Source of the DNA: Chiloscyllium plagiosum | Taxonomy: Eukaryota | DNA: 64,000 nucleotides | Assembly: GCF_004010195.1 (NCBI RefSeq) | Contig: NC_057718.1 | Location: 89,279,645-89,343,644, forward strand | Direction: 5' to 3' | Part shown: one piece after another, positions 1 through 11,991 of the stretch | How the letters are laid out: every line of letters begins with the position of its first letter | Position numbering within the stretch: the first letter of the stretch is position 1 | The notes under the pieces: generated by a model | What the model saw: only the letters and a program-made list of their open reading frames with translations | Database searches by the model: none | Told to the model about the DNA's origin: nothing | Made by a program: the position numbers and the translations under genes

Positions 1-2531
1 GGGACCACACTGCAACACACTGCACTGGGGCTCACACTACAACAGAACACACTGCACTAGGGATGACACAGCAACAAACTGCACTGGGGACCACACTGCA
101 CTGGGGACCACACTGCAACACAACACACTGCACTAGGGACCACACTGCAACACACTGCACTGGGGCTCACACTACAACAGAACACACTGCACTAGGGATG
201 ACACAGCAACAAACTGCACTGGGGACCACACTGCACTGGGGACCACACTGCAACACAACACGCTGCACTGGGATCCACACTGCAACACAACACGCTGCAC
301 TGGGAACCACACTGCAACACAACACACTGCAACACAGCACACTGCACTGGGGACCACTCTGCAACACACTGCACTGGGGACCACACTGCAAGACACTGCA
401 CTGAGGATCATACTGCAACACAACACACTGCACTGGGGTCCACACTGAAACACAACACACTGTACTGGGGACCACTCTACAACACACTGCACTGAGGAGC
501 ATACTGCAACAGAACACACTGCACTGGGGACCACACTGCAAGACACTGCACTGAGGATCATACTGCAACACAACACACTGCACTGGGGTCCACACTGAAA
601 CACAACACACTGTACTGGGGACCACTCTACAACACACTGCACTGAGGAGCATACTGCAACAGAACACACTGCACTGGGGACCACACTGCAACACAACACA
701 CTGCACTGGGAACCACACTGCAACAGGGACCACACTGCAACACAACACACTGCAACACAGCACACTGCACTGGGGACCACTCTGCAACACACTGCACTGG
801 GGACCACACTGCAACACACTGCACTGGGGCTCACACTACAACAGAACACACTGCACTAGGGATGACACAGCAACAAACTGCACTGGGGACCACACTGCAC
901 TGGGGACCACACTGCAACACAACACACTGCACTGGGGACCACACTGCAACACAACACACTGCACAGCGGTCCAAACTGCAACACAACACACAGCACTGGG
1001 GTCGACACTGAAAAACAACACACTGCACTGGGGACCACACTGCATGACACTGCACTGAGGATCATACTGCAACATAACACACTGCATTGGGGACCACACT
1101 GAAACACAACACACTGCACTGGGGACCACACTGCAAGACACTGCACTGAGGATCATACTGCAACACAACACACTGCACTGGGGACCACACTGCAACACAA
1201 CACGCTGCACTGGGATCCACACTGCAACACAACACGCTGCACTGGGAACCACACTGCAACACAACAGGCTGCACTGGGGTCCACACTGCAACACAACACA
1301 CTGCACTGGGGTCCACACTGCAACACAACACACTGGGGACCACACTGCAACACAACACACTGCACTGGGAACCACACTGCAACACAACACACTGCACTGG
1401 GGATCACACTGCAACACAACACACTACACTGGGGACCACACTGCAACACAACACACTGCACTGGGGACCACACTGCAACACAGCACACTGCACTGGGGAC
1501 CACACTGCAACACACTGCACTGAGGATCATACTGCAACACACTGCACTACAACACATTGCACTGGGGATCACACTGCAACACACTGCACTGAGGATCACA
1601 CTGCAACACACTGCACTAGGGATGACACAGCAAAACACTGCACTAGGGACCACATTGCAACACACTGCACTGGGGACCACACTGCAACACAACACACTGC
1701 ACTGGGGTCCAAACTGCAACACAACACACTGCACTGGGGACCACACTGCAACACACCGCACTGCTCTGGGGCCCACACTGCCAAACACTGCACTGGGGCC
1801 CACACTGCAAAATACCTCACTGGGGACCACACTGCAACATACCTCACTGGGGACCACACTGCAACACAACACACTGCACTGGGGCCCTCACTGCAAAACA
1901 CCGCACTGGGGACCACACTGCAACACAACACACTGCACTGGAAACCACACTGCAATGCACTGGGGACCACACTGCAACACACTGCACTGGGGACCACACT
2001 GCACTGGGGACCACACTGCACAGCGGTCCAAACTGCAACACAACACACTGCACTGGGGACCACACTGCAACACAACACACTGCACTTGGGTCCAAACTGC
2101 AACACAACACACTGCACTGGGGACCACAGTGCAACACAACACACTGCACTGGGGACCACACTGCAACACAACACACTGCACTGGGGACCACACTGCAACA
2201 CAACACACTACACTGGCGACCACACTGCAACACACTGCATTGTTGACCACTCTGCACTGAGGACCACACTGCATCAAAATGCACTGGGGACCACACTGCA
2301 TCGCACTGCACTGGGAACCACACTGCAACACAACACACTGCACTGGGGTCCACACTGAAACACAACACACTGTACTGGGGACCACACTGCAACACACTGC
2401 ACTGGGGACCGCACTGCAACGGGGACCACACTGCAACACAACACACTGCACAGGGGACCACATTGCAATACACCGCACTGGGGACCACACTGCAACACAA
2501 CACACTGCACTGGGGACCACACTGCACTGGG
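1..2531. repeat. Tandem satellite/minisatellite, ~27-32 bp unit actgcactggggaccacactgcaacacaacac; runs off the window start
   Basis: Directly visible tandem units built from cactg sub-repeats, with higher-order duplications. Confidence 0.97.
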
Positions 2532-3337
2532 AAACATATTATAATGCATCAGTGCGAACAGTATTCTGGGACATACACAACAATGCAGCAACGCTGCAGA
2601 GAACAACCATCTCTTTGAAACTTCACATTGCAAGTCACTGGCATTGGGAACCCTGCTGCAGTAATCAGAGCGACAGAGAGGTCTGCCAGGGAAGATTAGA
2701 ATAGAACTCACTACTGCTTAAAAGCAAGCACAGGAAGAAACATATCCATTCCACATCCAAGGCAGAATGTGCCCAAACCTGATATCCGCTGAAGACTGGC
2801 TGTGCTGTGAGATCCCTACGCTCAACTAGTCTTACTTCATCAAATGGGGGAGGGCAGTGGTTCAGAAACTGCTCAGGGAAGCATCAGGCTCTCACACCCG
2901 GCAATCACTAGCTTCACACTTCAAAGCTCGAACTCGGAGCTCTAGTCCTTATGGCATCGAGTGAGACACAAGAGTCTTTTTAACGCTTTGTGCGGTGTCC
3001 AGTTTTTACACCAGCTGACCGTCCAAGTTGAGACAAGCAAGTCACTTCACGTGAACAAGTTAAACCACACATGCAACTCAGCATGAGGTCCCATGTAAAA
3101 GGTTCCTGTCAGGGGACGGGAGTTGGTTGCACATTTGAGCGCCTCAGCTTTCTAAGATAGACATTCAGTGTGAAGGAGATTAAACCGATCCACATTGGAA
3201 CAGAGGAAACCATCTGCCCTTTCCCCTGAGGACTGCTTTCCGGACTCTCAGATTGAAATAAGCCATGCTGCTCCAATCGCCAGAGAGATAAAGTAAAAGA
3301 GTAAAAGAGGAAATGAGAGGCAAAGGGCGATGGAGGA

Positions 3338-3339
<2 letters not shown>

Positions 3340-3374
<35 letters not shown>

Positions 3375-3590
3375 GAGAGACAGAGAGAAAGGGAGAGAGA
3401 AAGGGAGAGAGAGACAGAGACAGAGAGAAGAGGAGAGAGAAGAGAGTGAGAGGAGAGAGAGAAGAGGATAGAGAGAGAAGAGAGAGAGAGAAGAGGAGAG
3501 AGAGAAGAGGAGAGAGAGAAGAGGAGAGAGAAGAGAGAGAGAGGAGAGAGAGAGAAGAGGAGAGAGAAGAGAGAGAGAGGAGAGAGAGAG
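3340..3590. repeat. (GA)n / purine-rich microsatellite
   Basis: Almost pure A/G run. Confidence 0.97.
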
Positions 3591-4829
3591 CATTTCATGC
3601 CTGCAGGAAAAATGAACAATTACATGATGATTAAATAGGTCAAGCCAGTTACTTCAGACAAGGCTCATGGGGATAACACTCGCAATACGTAAATCCAGAA
3701 CTTCACTTCAAATACTTAAACCTTTTTTAAAACAAGAAATGCCACAACAACAGCCCCATAAAACTATTAAAGGTTACCTGACTTGTTGCTCAGAAGGGAC
3801 TGTTTAACACTCACTCCGAATGGATGGATCCATGAGGTCTCTGAACCAGTTCTGTTCCAACCTCACAGACAGACATGTGCAGGGCCACAGGGAAACAGCA
3901 GGAGAGCTGGACTAATCAGGGAGCCCTTCCCAGGAAGCAGCACAGACCCAGTGAGACAAATAGGCTCCTTCTGTCATGTAAGGCTCAATGATTTTAGTCC
4001 AGTGTCCCAGGGCAGACTTAGCTTCACATAACATTTCATGAGATATTTTACCACTTTGTTGTAATGTACAAAACTGCGAAATCACCAAATTAGTGGGATG
4101 TATGATACATCGTTTAACTGCTGCCAAACTGAAACAGTGGCTTCCAAAGAGATATGTTCCTGCTGTGTAAAGCCGATGCCTGTATAACATGCAGCATTGC
4201 ATTAATTATAGCTCTCTTGACTGAAGGAATGCCTTCAACTGACTCAAGAACTCCCACAAAGCCGATTGTTCATACTATTACGCAGAGCTCCCTTGTGAAA
4301 GGTTAGCTCATGAAAATGAAATCTCCTCGCATTCTTTTGTCATGTACATAACCTGCAAGATGGCGGGTTTCAAAATCTGCTACTCTTCAGTTACGGGGTG
4401 CTGGTTTGGCACCATCTCCCGATGTCTCAAACTCTCACAATTCCCAAGCATATTTACCTCAACTGGTGTCAGCTGTGGATTAATGGACAAAGGGGCACTG
4501 ACCTAAAACATTAATTATTTCCTGCTTTTGAGCTAGTTTAGTAGGAACACTCTATCCCGTGTTGGTGGGATTGGATTCCAGCATCACTCTAGAGCTGCCC
4601 CCACTTAAGGAGTAGTGGTTCAGGAAGGTATCCTCTCAAGGATAATTAAGGTGGGCAATCGAAGATGGCCTCGCTAACAATTCCCACGTCCCGTGAACGA
4701 ACCAAAAACCGAGCTGACACTTCAGTGCGGTAGCAAGGGAGAGCTGCATTGTTGGAGATAGCGGGTAGTTGCTCAATGAAACATTGAGATCCAATTCTCT
4801 CAGGTGAAAACACATCGGTGAAATATCAG

Positions 4830-5240
4830 TGAATTTGATTTATTGTCATGTGTACTCGAGTACAGCGAAAAGTTTACAATGTCGCCACTCCCGGCGCCAT
4901 CTTGGTTACAAAGATGCCTCAGGTACAAAGTCTTAGGCATAAAGTAGGAAATGAAGAAATGAGGTTAAGAGTCCAACATTACAGTCCTTCTTAAAGGTGT
5001 TTAACCACAGGCCTGGATCTGGAACCTTCCAGACCAACACTGAGACCAACACCAGCAGGAAACAGCCAGCCAGGCCGCTGGGCGCCATCTTGTAGCAACC
5101 AATGATGGTGCAGCCTGGAGACTGCCCTGGGCTGTGCTCAACAATGCAGCTCCCCACCAGGCACTGGGTCCTAAACTCGCCTCCCTCCCCCTTCCACAAT
5201 CCCACCCCCTCACACACTCCCGCCCCCTCCCCCCACCATA
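4830..5240 (-). mobile_element. Non-autonomous element with a Rex1/Babar-type 3' tail
   Basis: 4830-4875 is the reverse complement of the Rex tail seen at ~34060-34110 (ctttcactgt..gagtacacgtgacaataa). Body has two ggcgccatctt motifs. Confidence 0.4.
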
Positions 5241-5255
5241 ACACACTCTCACCAA

Positions 5256-5262
5256 NNNNNNN
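5256..5262. other. Assembly gap (7 N)
   Basis: N run. Confidence 0.99.
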
Positions 5263-5566
5263 TCCCCTCCCCCAACCAGGAACACATCTCGACCCCCACC
5301 CTTCACCACCGGGAGAAAACTGTGTCAGACTCACTGGACACCTTGACCTCGTCGGAGTTTCCCCAGATGGCAACGTGAAGTCAAAGTAAGAAGAAATAAG
5401 CAGGAAAATCAAATGGACGGAGCAGATGCATTGCGGGGCAGGAACCCACACACAGTTACTCCACTGTCATCTCCCAGTGTGAAACAGGAGGGTCTCAAAC
5501 TGTTTAAAGAGGCAGTGCAAAGGGAGCTGTGCTGACCGATAGGTATCCTTCACTTACAAACAATCT

Positions 5567-5668
5567 ATTCCTGATCAAGGGCTTTTGCCCGAAACATCGA
5601 TTTTCCTGCTCCTCGGATGCTGCCTGACCTGCTGTGCTCTTCCAGCACTGCTCTGATCTAGAATCTGG
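5567..5668 (+). mobile_element. Penelope-derived short element (family A), degenerate hammerhead core
   Basis: attc-ctgatca-a-gggc-tttt-gccc-gaaacatc followed by the family body ctcggatgctgcctgacctgctgtgc. Confidence 0.75.
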
Positions 5669-6285
5669 CCATTGTCAAACAGCATTGATTTGGAGGGAGC
5701 GTGGAATAATGTGGTGAAAACCACACTCCACAAACTGCCCGACTCCCCTGACAATCTGGGCTCCAGTGTCATTCCAAACCGTTCTGCCCCCCCCGAAGAA
5801 GAGGGACGGTTTTAGTTGCGAATCGCAATTTTAACTCGCGAATGGGGGATAGAAACTGCCGACTCGGATGGTCCGGGTCAAGAGGAGTTGGGTCTGCTAA
5901 TGGAGGGGGGACGCTGAGCACTCACAGCAGGAGTTCAGCTCACGTTCCACTACCCTGCACCTATCCAGCAGTAAATTAAGTGACAGCAATTCACCGTGCA
6001 GACAGCTGACAGGCCGGAACCTCACTTGCAGGGATTTATTAGCAGCCTGCCCTTCCTTTGTGCTATTTTCGGAATCAATAAACATGGCACTTGGGTTTTG
6101 CACAAGAAGGAGACACTGCACTTTTGAAAAGCGAGGTGAAGGGGGACACCAAGAAATAGGCAAGATGGGCGGTCTGCAATGGTGGGGGGAGCCCAGGCGT
6201 GTAAAACATTCTCCACGGCGCGGGAAGGCTCCAACCAAGCACGCAACAGCAGAGAGCGACCGAACGCAGAGAAGCCGAGACCTGC

Positions 6286-6344
6286 CTGTTCACGTCACAG
6301 TGACACTCGGGAAGCTCAGGGTCTGCATCGCAGCACTCGGCCAT
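6286..6344 (-). CDS. SYNE1: Putative alternative first coding exon of a short nesprin-1-alpha2-like isoform: MAECCDADPELPECHCDVN(R)
   Basis: Strong Kozak gaagcgATGG, in-frame upstream stop at 6399-6401, phase-2 GC donor AACAG|GCAGGT matching the phase of this intron. Peptide resembles the recalled mammalian alpha2 N-terminus (..MAEDGC.VDADLPDCNCDVT). Confidence 0.7.
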
Positions 6345-7150
6345 CGCTTCTCCCCCCCCCAGGCGACTAGAGTGACGAGGGCCAGCCCGCTCACTGTGTC
6401 AGGAGCTGAGCAACTCTCGGAGAGTGCATGCCCTGGGACCCCATACAGCAGCAACCCCCTGCGCACGGCTTTGGCAATCCACACTCCCGGGCGGGGGGCT
6501 GCTACAGCCGGCCTGACAACTGGCACAACAGAGTGACAAGTGGTCAGGTTTCTAAATAAAAACTTACACTCATCGCCATGTGTTGCTGGCCTCACATTCC
6601 TGGGGCATCAGGCCAGCGACGCCAAGCACCTTCCAAAACGAGGGGCAGCACAGTCCTGACACTCCAACGTGGGCCATCCCAGTCTAAAGAGGCAGCTCCA
6701 ATGCTGAGAGTTCTCTGGTGCCTGGCTGCAGCAGGCAAACACTCTTCCTAAACTATTCCTAAACTGTGACGTCTCTCCACTGTGATGTGTGGAGACCAGC
6801 AAGGAAAATCATGAACTGTCAGAGGCCGGCTTTCTCTCTCTTTCTCTTCCCCCCTCTCTCTCTTGCTCTCTCCCCTTCTGAAGCTTTTCCCTCCTAATAT
6901 CGATGTGGTATGGGAGCACAGCCTCTCCCACACACTGTTCACTAACAATTGGGGCTTTCAAACGGTCGTTTTCCCTCTGAATCTTAGAGTCAGCCGAGCA
7001 ATCGCTGAACTGTGCAGCCCTGAGCTCTTGTGTCGGAGCCAAGATGTGGGACAATGAACAGAAAAATCCCCCAGCAGCTGCGAATTTCAGCTCGAGGATT
7101 TGCTGCGCACACTGACTTTCATTAGAGGCTGCAGGGCCAGCTGTGGGAAC
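6345..7150 (-). promoter_or_regulatory. Candidate internal promoter / 5' UTR for the short isoform
   Basis: Largely repeat-free, locally GC/CpG-rich sequence upstream of the 6344 ATG. MCAT core CATTCC at 6595-6600, E-boxes CAGCTG at 7075 and 7138 (also 6003 downstream). Confidence 0.35.
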
Positions 7151-7194
7151 GGCAGCTCCCAGAGCAGGGCAGAGGCTAGGAATATTATAGCAAG

Positions 7195-7370
7195 TAAGAC
7201 TCCACACAAAGCCTGTCCACCATCTGTAATGCACAAGTCAGGAGTGTGAGGGAATACTCCCCACTTGCCTGGATGGGGGCAGCTCCAGCAATGCTCAGGG
7301 AACTTGACACCATCCAGGACAAAGCAACCCGCTTGATTGGCACCACGTCCCTCCACCAATGCGAACCACT
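7195..7370 (+). mobile_element. LINE ORF2 C-terminal fragment (CR1/L2-like clade)
   Basis: Translates as EYSPLAWMGAAP..LRELDTIQDKATRLIG. Related 3' pieces at ~11040-11290, ~20660-20915, ~25970-26440 and ~40730-41010. Confidence 0.7.
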
Positions 7371-8117
7371 CAATATCTGCACGTCCACCTCTCCCCCACT
7401 GCCACCATTCACTCAGAAACCAGTAGGAAGGGGGGAGGCGTGCTTCACAGATCCGTTAGCAAAGAAACAAGCTGACCCCCCAGGGAGTCTAGAGAACTCT
7501 GCGGTGGCCAGTTTGAATGGAGTTTGAACAGAGGAAGTGGTGAGGCTACAGTGATTAATAACATGCGATATGCCAGGAAAGCAATTGTTATACAGTGCAC
7601 TGCCCTCTCCCTCTAACCTTCACCTTTGATGGTCTCCATTGTCCTTAACAACATTGTGTGTCAATTAATCAAGGCTGAAGGATGACTCTCATTGGTAAAC
7701 ACAAGGGGGTTACAGATGCAGTTAGTAGGTGAAAAAATATTGCTGCACCTCCCTCCAGTGCGTTACTCTTTAAAGCAGATTACTTTGACCACGTGCTTAA
7801 CCTATTGGCAAAGCAGGTGTTGTGGCACAATGGCAATGTCCTCACCTCTGGGCCAGAAGAGTCTGCGTTCAAGTCCTAGCTGCACTGGAGCTGGGTCAGA
7901 GCATATCCGAACATGACAGCAGTTGCTAGGTGGAATCCTAGACATCAAAACCAAATGTTGGGGGTTCAAGGGCTAATTTATAAACAGAGTAATGCAGTGG
8001 CCAAACTGGCTGCTGCCTGTCCGTCTCCTATAACCCTGGAGAGAGTTTACAAGTATCCCGTTTAGCGGTGAATGGGATGGGCTTCTCAAGGGCAACTAGG
8101 GCCAGGCAACAAACCAG

Positions 8118-8228
8118 ATTCCTGATGAAGGGCTCCTGCCCAAAACGTCAATTCTCCTGCTCCTCGGATGTTGCCTGACCTGCTGTGCTTTTCCAGCACC
8201 ACTATAATCTGCAGTCCTCACTTTCCCC
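8118..8228 (+). mobile_element. Penelope-derived short element (family A)
   Basis: attc-ctgatga-a-gggc-tcct-gccc-aaaacgtc plus family body; GAAA is decayed. Confidence 0.75.
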
Positions 8229-10054
8229 AAACAAATCAGCTGGCATTGCCCACGCCCTACGAGTGAATGTCGAAAAGAAAACTTAAAGACAGTCTCTATA
8301 ATTCTGACCTGACAGCTTTGCAAAAGCCTGCAATGCAAGTGAATTCACATCAGGAAACTAAACGCTTTCAAGAACACCAGCGCCTCTAATTAAGTATCAT
8401 TATAACGGCAAAACATAACAACAAAGGGGCAGGTAACTTGACACACGATCTGAGCACTTCATACAAAGCAGGGAACCTGATGGAAGATAAAAGGGAGCAG
8501 GAGGGGATTGAAATCTGAGCAAGGCTGTGGTGACCCGAGGCAAGTTTAACATCCAAGCCAGTAACACCGCCTCAATCAGAAAACACACTCATTTTAAAAA
8601 TATATATATATATTTTTCTGCAGATTACTTATGCAGAGTTTGCTGCATAAGTGTTTATTACAGCTGCAAATAAATCAGGCTGCAGCTTTCCCTCTTTGCT
8701 GAAAACAATGGAGTTGAACATAAATCAGTTTGAGTGGAAACACAGCCTCTGGACAGATCCAAGGGCAGGGAACCATGGAAAGCTGGAATGCTGTGAGCGT
8801 CGCTTGGGAAGCTCCGGAATTGAGCCGGCTTGGACAACGCTCCGAGCCGCTTGGCCTGCCTTTATCGGAATGTGGGAACAATCCCTCGAGGCCTGAACCA
8901 CCACAGGCTCCTGTAGACGTAGCTCAGACCGGCTTTTGGAATCCGGCAATTTCTTTCTCACGGCAAATAAACCTGCTTTTGTTGGACCTCCCACACTCCA
9001 GCGTCACGCCAAATGGCCTGGAGTCGCTGGAATCCGTGCCAACGGGGACAGCAGCGATGCCCGGACGAATGGCGTGCACAGCAGCCTCCCCCACCCCTGT
9101 GATAGGGCATGTCTGCATCGCTGTCTAAGGGGAGCCCCTCACAGTACGGACCAAGAGGAGAGCATTCCCTGTCCGCACGGCCGGTTATTATAGCTGCAGC
9201 TCCTCATTTTCAGCTCTTGCCTGATTCACTGGGCAACCGATTAAAAGGGCACTGTGTCAAGGGGTCAGGCTCAAACGGAAGCAAGGCTATGATCTGAATT
9301 TGAATTGTTCAGATTTACAACAGTGCACCCATTGCCTGCGCTTGACTGACTTCATCAGTGAGCAGCAATCTGATTTCAGACTTCGTTCCTTCCCCTCCCC
9401 CCACCAGTCAGCTTCACTACTTACAATCAGCCTGTCTATTTCTCTGGATCTGTCACAGTCTTACAGATGGTGGAAGCTGTCACTAACGATGGCTCGTCTG
9501 CTTAGAACAGTGCCAACAATCCCCAGCAACCCTCCCCGCTCACACAACTAACTGTTTCTAAGCTGGTTCCAGCAACCTCACTCTCTCTCTCTCTCTCTCT
9601 CATTCACCCAGACTTCCAATCTGCTTAATTACCAAGCCCGCCTCCCCCGCCACACCCCTCTCCTCCTCAATTCATCCACAGCTGAAATCCTCATCCCCAC
9701 CTCTGTACATTTAACCCTTTTAATGTCAGGGAACTTTTCTCAACACTGAGCTCGGTTAATGGTCTTTACCAATCTCCAACAGTCCTTCTCTCAAACAAAT
9801 CAGCAGCTTGGCCAGAAATAGTGTTACAATTCCATCGTATAGCGCAGTGACGGTGCCGAGGCTGAATTTAGTCAGATACTAGACTCTGCCGACGCAGAGG
9901 TCATGAGTTCAGGTCCCAGTGCAGCAGGCTAGGAGTATGAATTCAATTAAATTTGTGGGAAGACAGCATGGAAAAGTGACCGCAAACAAATTGCCACAAA
10001 CTGCGGGCGACATATCTGCAAAAGGACGCTCTCTCGATGGAGGGCGTATATTGA

Positions 10055-10520
10055 TGGTTTACCAGATTGATTCCGGGGAATGGCAGGATAGATGGCTGAG
10101 GAAACACTGGATCGGTTTGGATTATAGTCACTGGAGCTTAGAAGAAGGGGGAGTAGGGGAAATCACACACAAAATTCCAAAAGGACTAGACAGGGTAAAT
10201 GCAGATGACCAGGGAATCCAGAACCAAGGATTCAAAGTTGATGGAAATGGAGTAGGCCATTCAGGGCTGGGAGGAGGAGAAACATCTTCACCCAGAGAGG
10301 GGTGGGCCTATAGGATTCACTGTCACAGAAAGCGGCTGAAACCAAAACACTAAAAACTTTCAAGAAGAAGTTAGATATAGTTCATATGGCTTAAGGGATC
10401 AAAGGTTATGGGGAGGAAGTGGGACCAGGGCACTGAGTTTGATCACTGGCCATGATCATATAGAATGGTGGAATAGTCCCGAAGGGCCGAATGGCCTACT
10501 CTTGCTTCTATTTTCTATAC
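10055..10520 (+). mobile_element. CR1-type LINE 3' fragment
   Basis: tttaccagattgattccggggaatggcagg ... ggccgaatggcctactcttgcttctattttctat CR1-type tail. Confidence 0.75.
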
Positions 10521-11666
10521 AATTGCATTACCAACGCCCTTCAAAGGTGACGGCCTTTGACATCAAGCCTACTTTTGACAGAGCGTGGCATCAAGGAGCC
10601 ATAGTGAAACGGCAGCAATTGGGTATTGGGGGAAACTCTCTGCTGGTTGGAAACATGCCTGGCACAGGAGAAGATGGTTGTGGCTGTTAGTCATCTCAGC
10701 TGCAGGGCGTATGTCCAGGAGTTCCTCAGATGTGTTATGACACACCTCTGGAGCAGGTGGGGCTTGAAGCCAGATCTCCTGGGTCAGAGGTAGGGTCCCT
10801 CAGTGAGGTGGGCCCAGCGACAGAGGGACGCCACCTGAAGAGTGGCGACCACAGCAACGCTGGGTCTGCTGCAGGTGGAGGTAAGGGGCCGGTGGCACAG
10901 GGGTCATTGGGGTGAGCTAGCTCAGGCAGAGTAACAAAGGTAGGCTCTCTCACAGCTCCATTTTTTCACTCTTAGGGTGCGAATTGCAGCTCTATTTCAT
11001 TGGGTTGTTCACTGTAGAGTACAAGTGACAATAAATCATTCCTCATCTAGAAGGACAAGGGCAGCAGACAACATTGGAACACCAAACCCTGTAAGTTCCC
11101 CCCAAAGCCACTCACAATCCCGACCTGGAAATATATCATTGTCCCTTCACTGTCGCTGGGTCAAAACTCGAACTCCCTCCCTAAGGGCATTGTGGGTCTA
11201 CCTACAGCACATGGACTGCAGTGGTAGCTCACCAGCACCTTCTCAGGAAGGAATACAGATGGGCAATAAATGCTGGCCAGCACTGACTTTAAAATTAAAG
11301 TCCTTATCCAGTTGGACCTCCGTGTGAATGCTGTGCTGCCTGTCAGCTAATGTCCTCGTGCTAATGAGGGGCGGGCACACAATTTATGGTGGTGACTCGA
11401 CATTCAAAAAATGTTGCCGTCTCCAAAGTCTTTTGGATAATCCTGAGGTTATGAGAAGTGTAATTTTTCCATCAAAATTTGTTGACGCACATGGTCATTT
11501 GAAAATGTCAATAAGCAGACTGATAGTCTTTATGTAGGATATTAAAAAGAGTACATGAAAAGAGAATGCTGGTGCCCTTTCAGGAAGGATCCCCTCAGCC
11601 AGCCTTGCCCAGTCTGGCCTTATTGTGAACTCCAGGCCCACAGCAACGTGGTTGACTCTTGACTAA

Positions 11667-11991
11667 GGTGGCTCAGTGGTTAGCACGGCTGCCTCACGGG
11701 TTCTGGGGACCCGAGTTCGATTCCAGCCTCGGGTGACTGCGTGGAGCTTGCATATTCTCCCCATGTCTGTGTGGGTTTGCTCCGGTTTCCGCCCACAATC
11801 ACAAAGATGTGCAGGTTAAGTGGATTGCCCACGGGAAATTGCCTAAAGCATCCAGTAATTATGCAGGCTAGGTGGGTTAGCCATGGGAAATACAGGATGG
11901 TGGGTGCCAGTGCTCCGAAGAGCCCTTCAGAGAGTTGGTGTGGACTTGATGGGCCAAATGGCCTGCTTCCGTGCTGTAGGGATTCTATGAT
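11667..11991 (+). mobile_element. HE1-type tRNA-derived SINE nested in a Deu-SINE tail (~11580-12070)
   Basis: A box tggctcagtgg, B box gagttcgattcc, body aaagatgtgcaggtt, CR1-like tail gattctatga. Confidence 0.85.

Noticed and set aside
1..2531. CRISPR-like appearance of ~30-bp repeats
   Set aside because: No unique spacers, no cas genes, and the context is a vertebrate intron.
63..2711. Many long Cys-rich or His/Thr-rich ORFs resembling keratin-associated proteins or metallothioneins
   Set aside because: They overlap in nearly all frames on both strands and simply translate the satellite.
3180..3634. Ser/Leu-rich and Arg/Glu-rich ORFs
   Set aside because: Translations of the GA microsatellite. 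The same applies to the N-terminal parts of ORFs at 42495-43392.
3770..3830. Donor-like site with an EQQ-like reading, tested as the next SYNE1 exon (VKKLKETL...NEQQ)
   Set aside because: Upstream codons do not match nesprin. The expected exon was not found in 1-20400 and probably lies outside the window.
6282..6285. GT donor CAG|GTCTCG as the end of the candidate alpha exon
   Set aside because: Poor consensus and phase 0, which would frameshift the phase-2 downstream exon. The GC donor 4 nt earlier fits better.
6550..6562. MEF2-like AT-rich site ctaaataaaa (also gttattatag near 9184)
   Set aside because: Neither fits YTA(A/T)4TAR.
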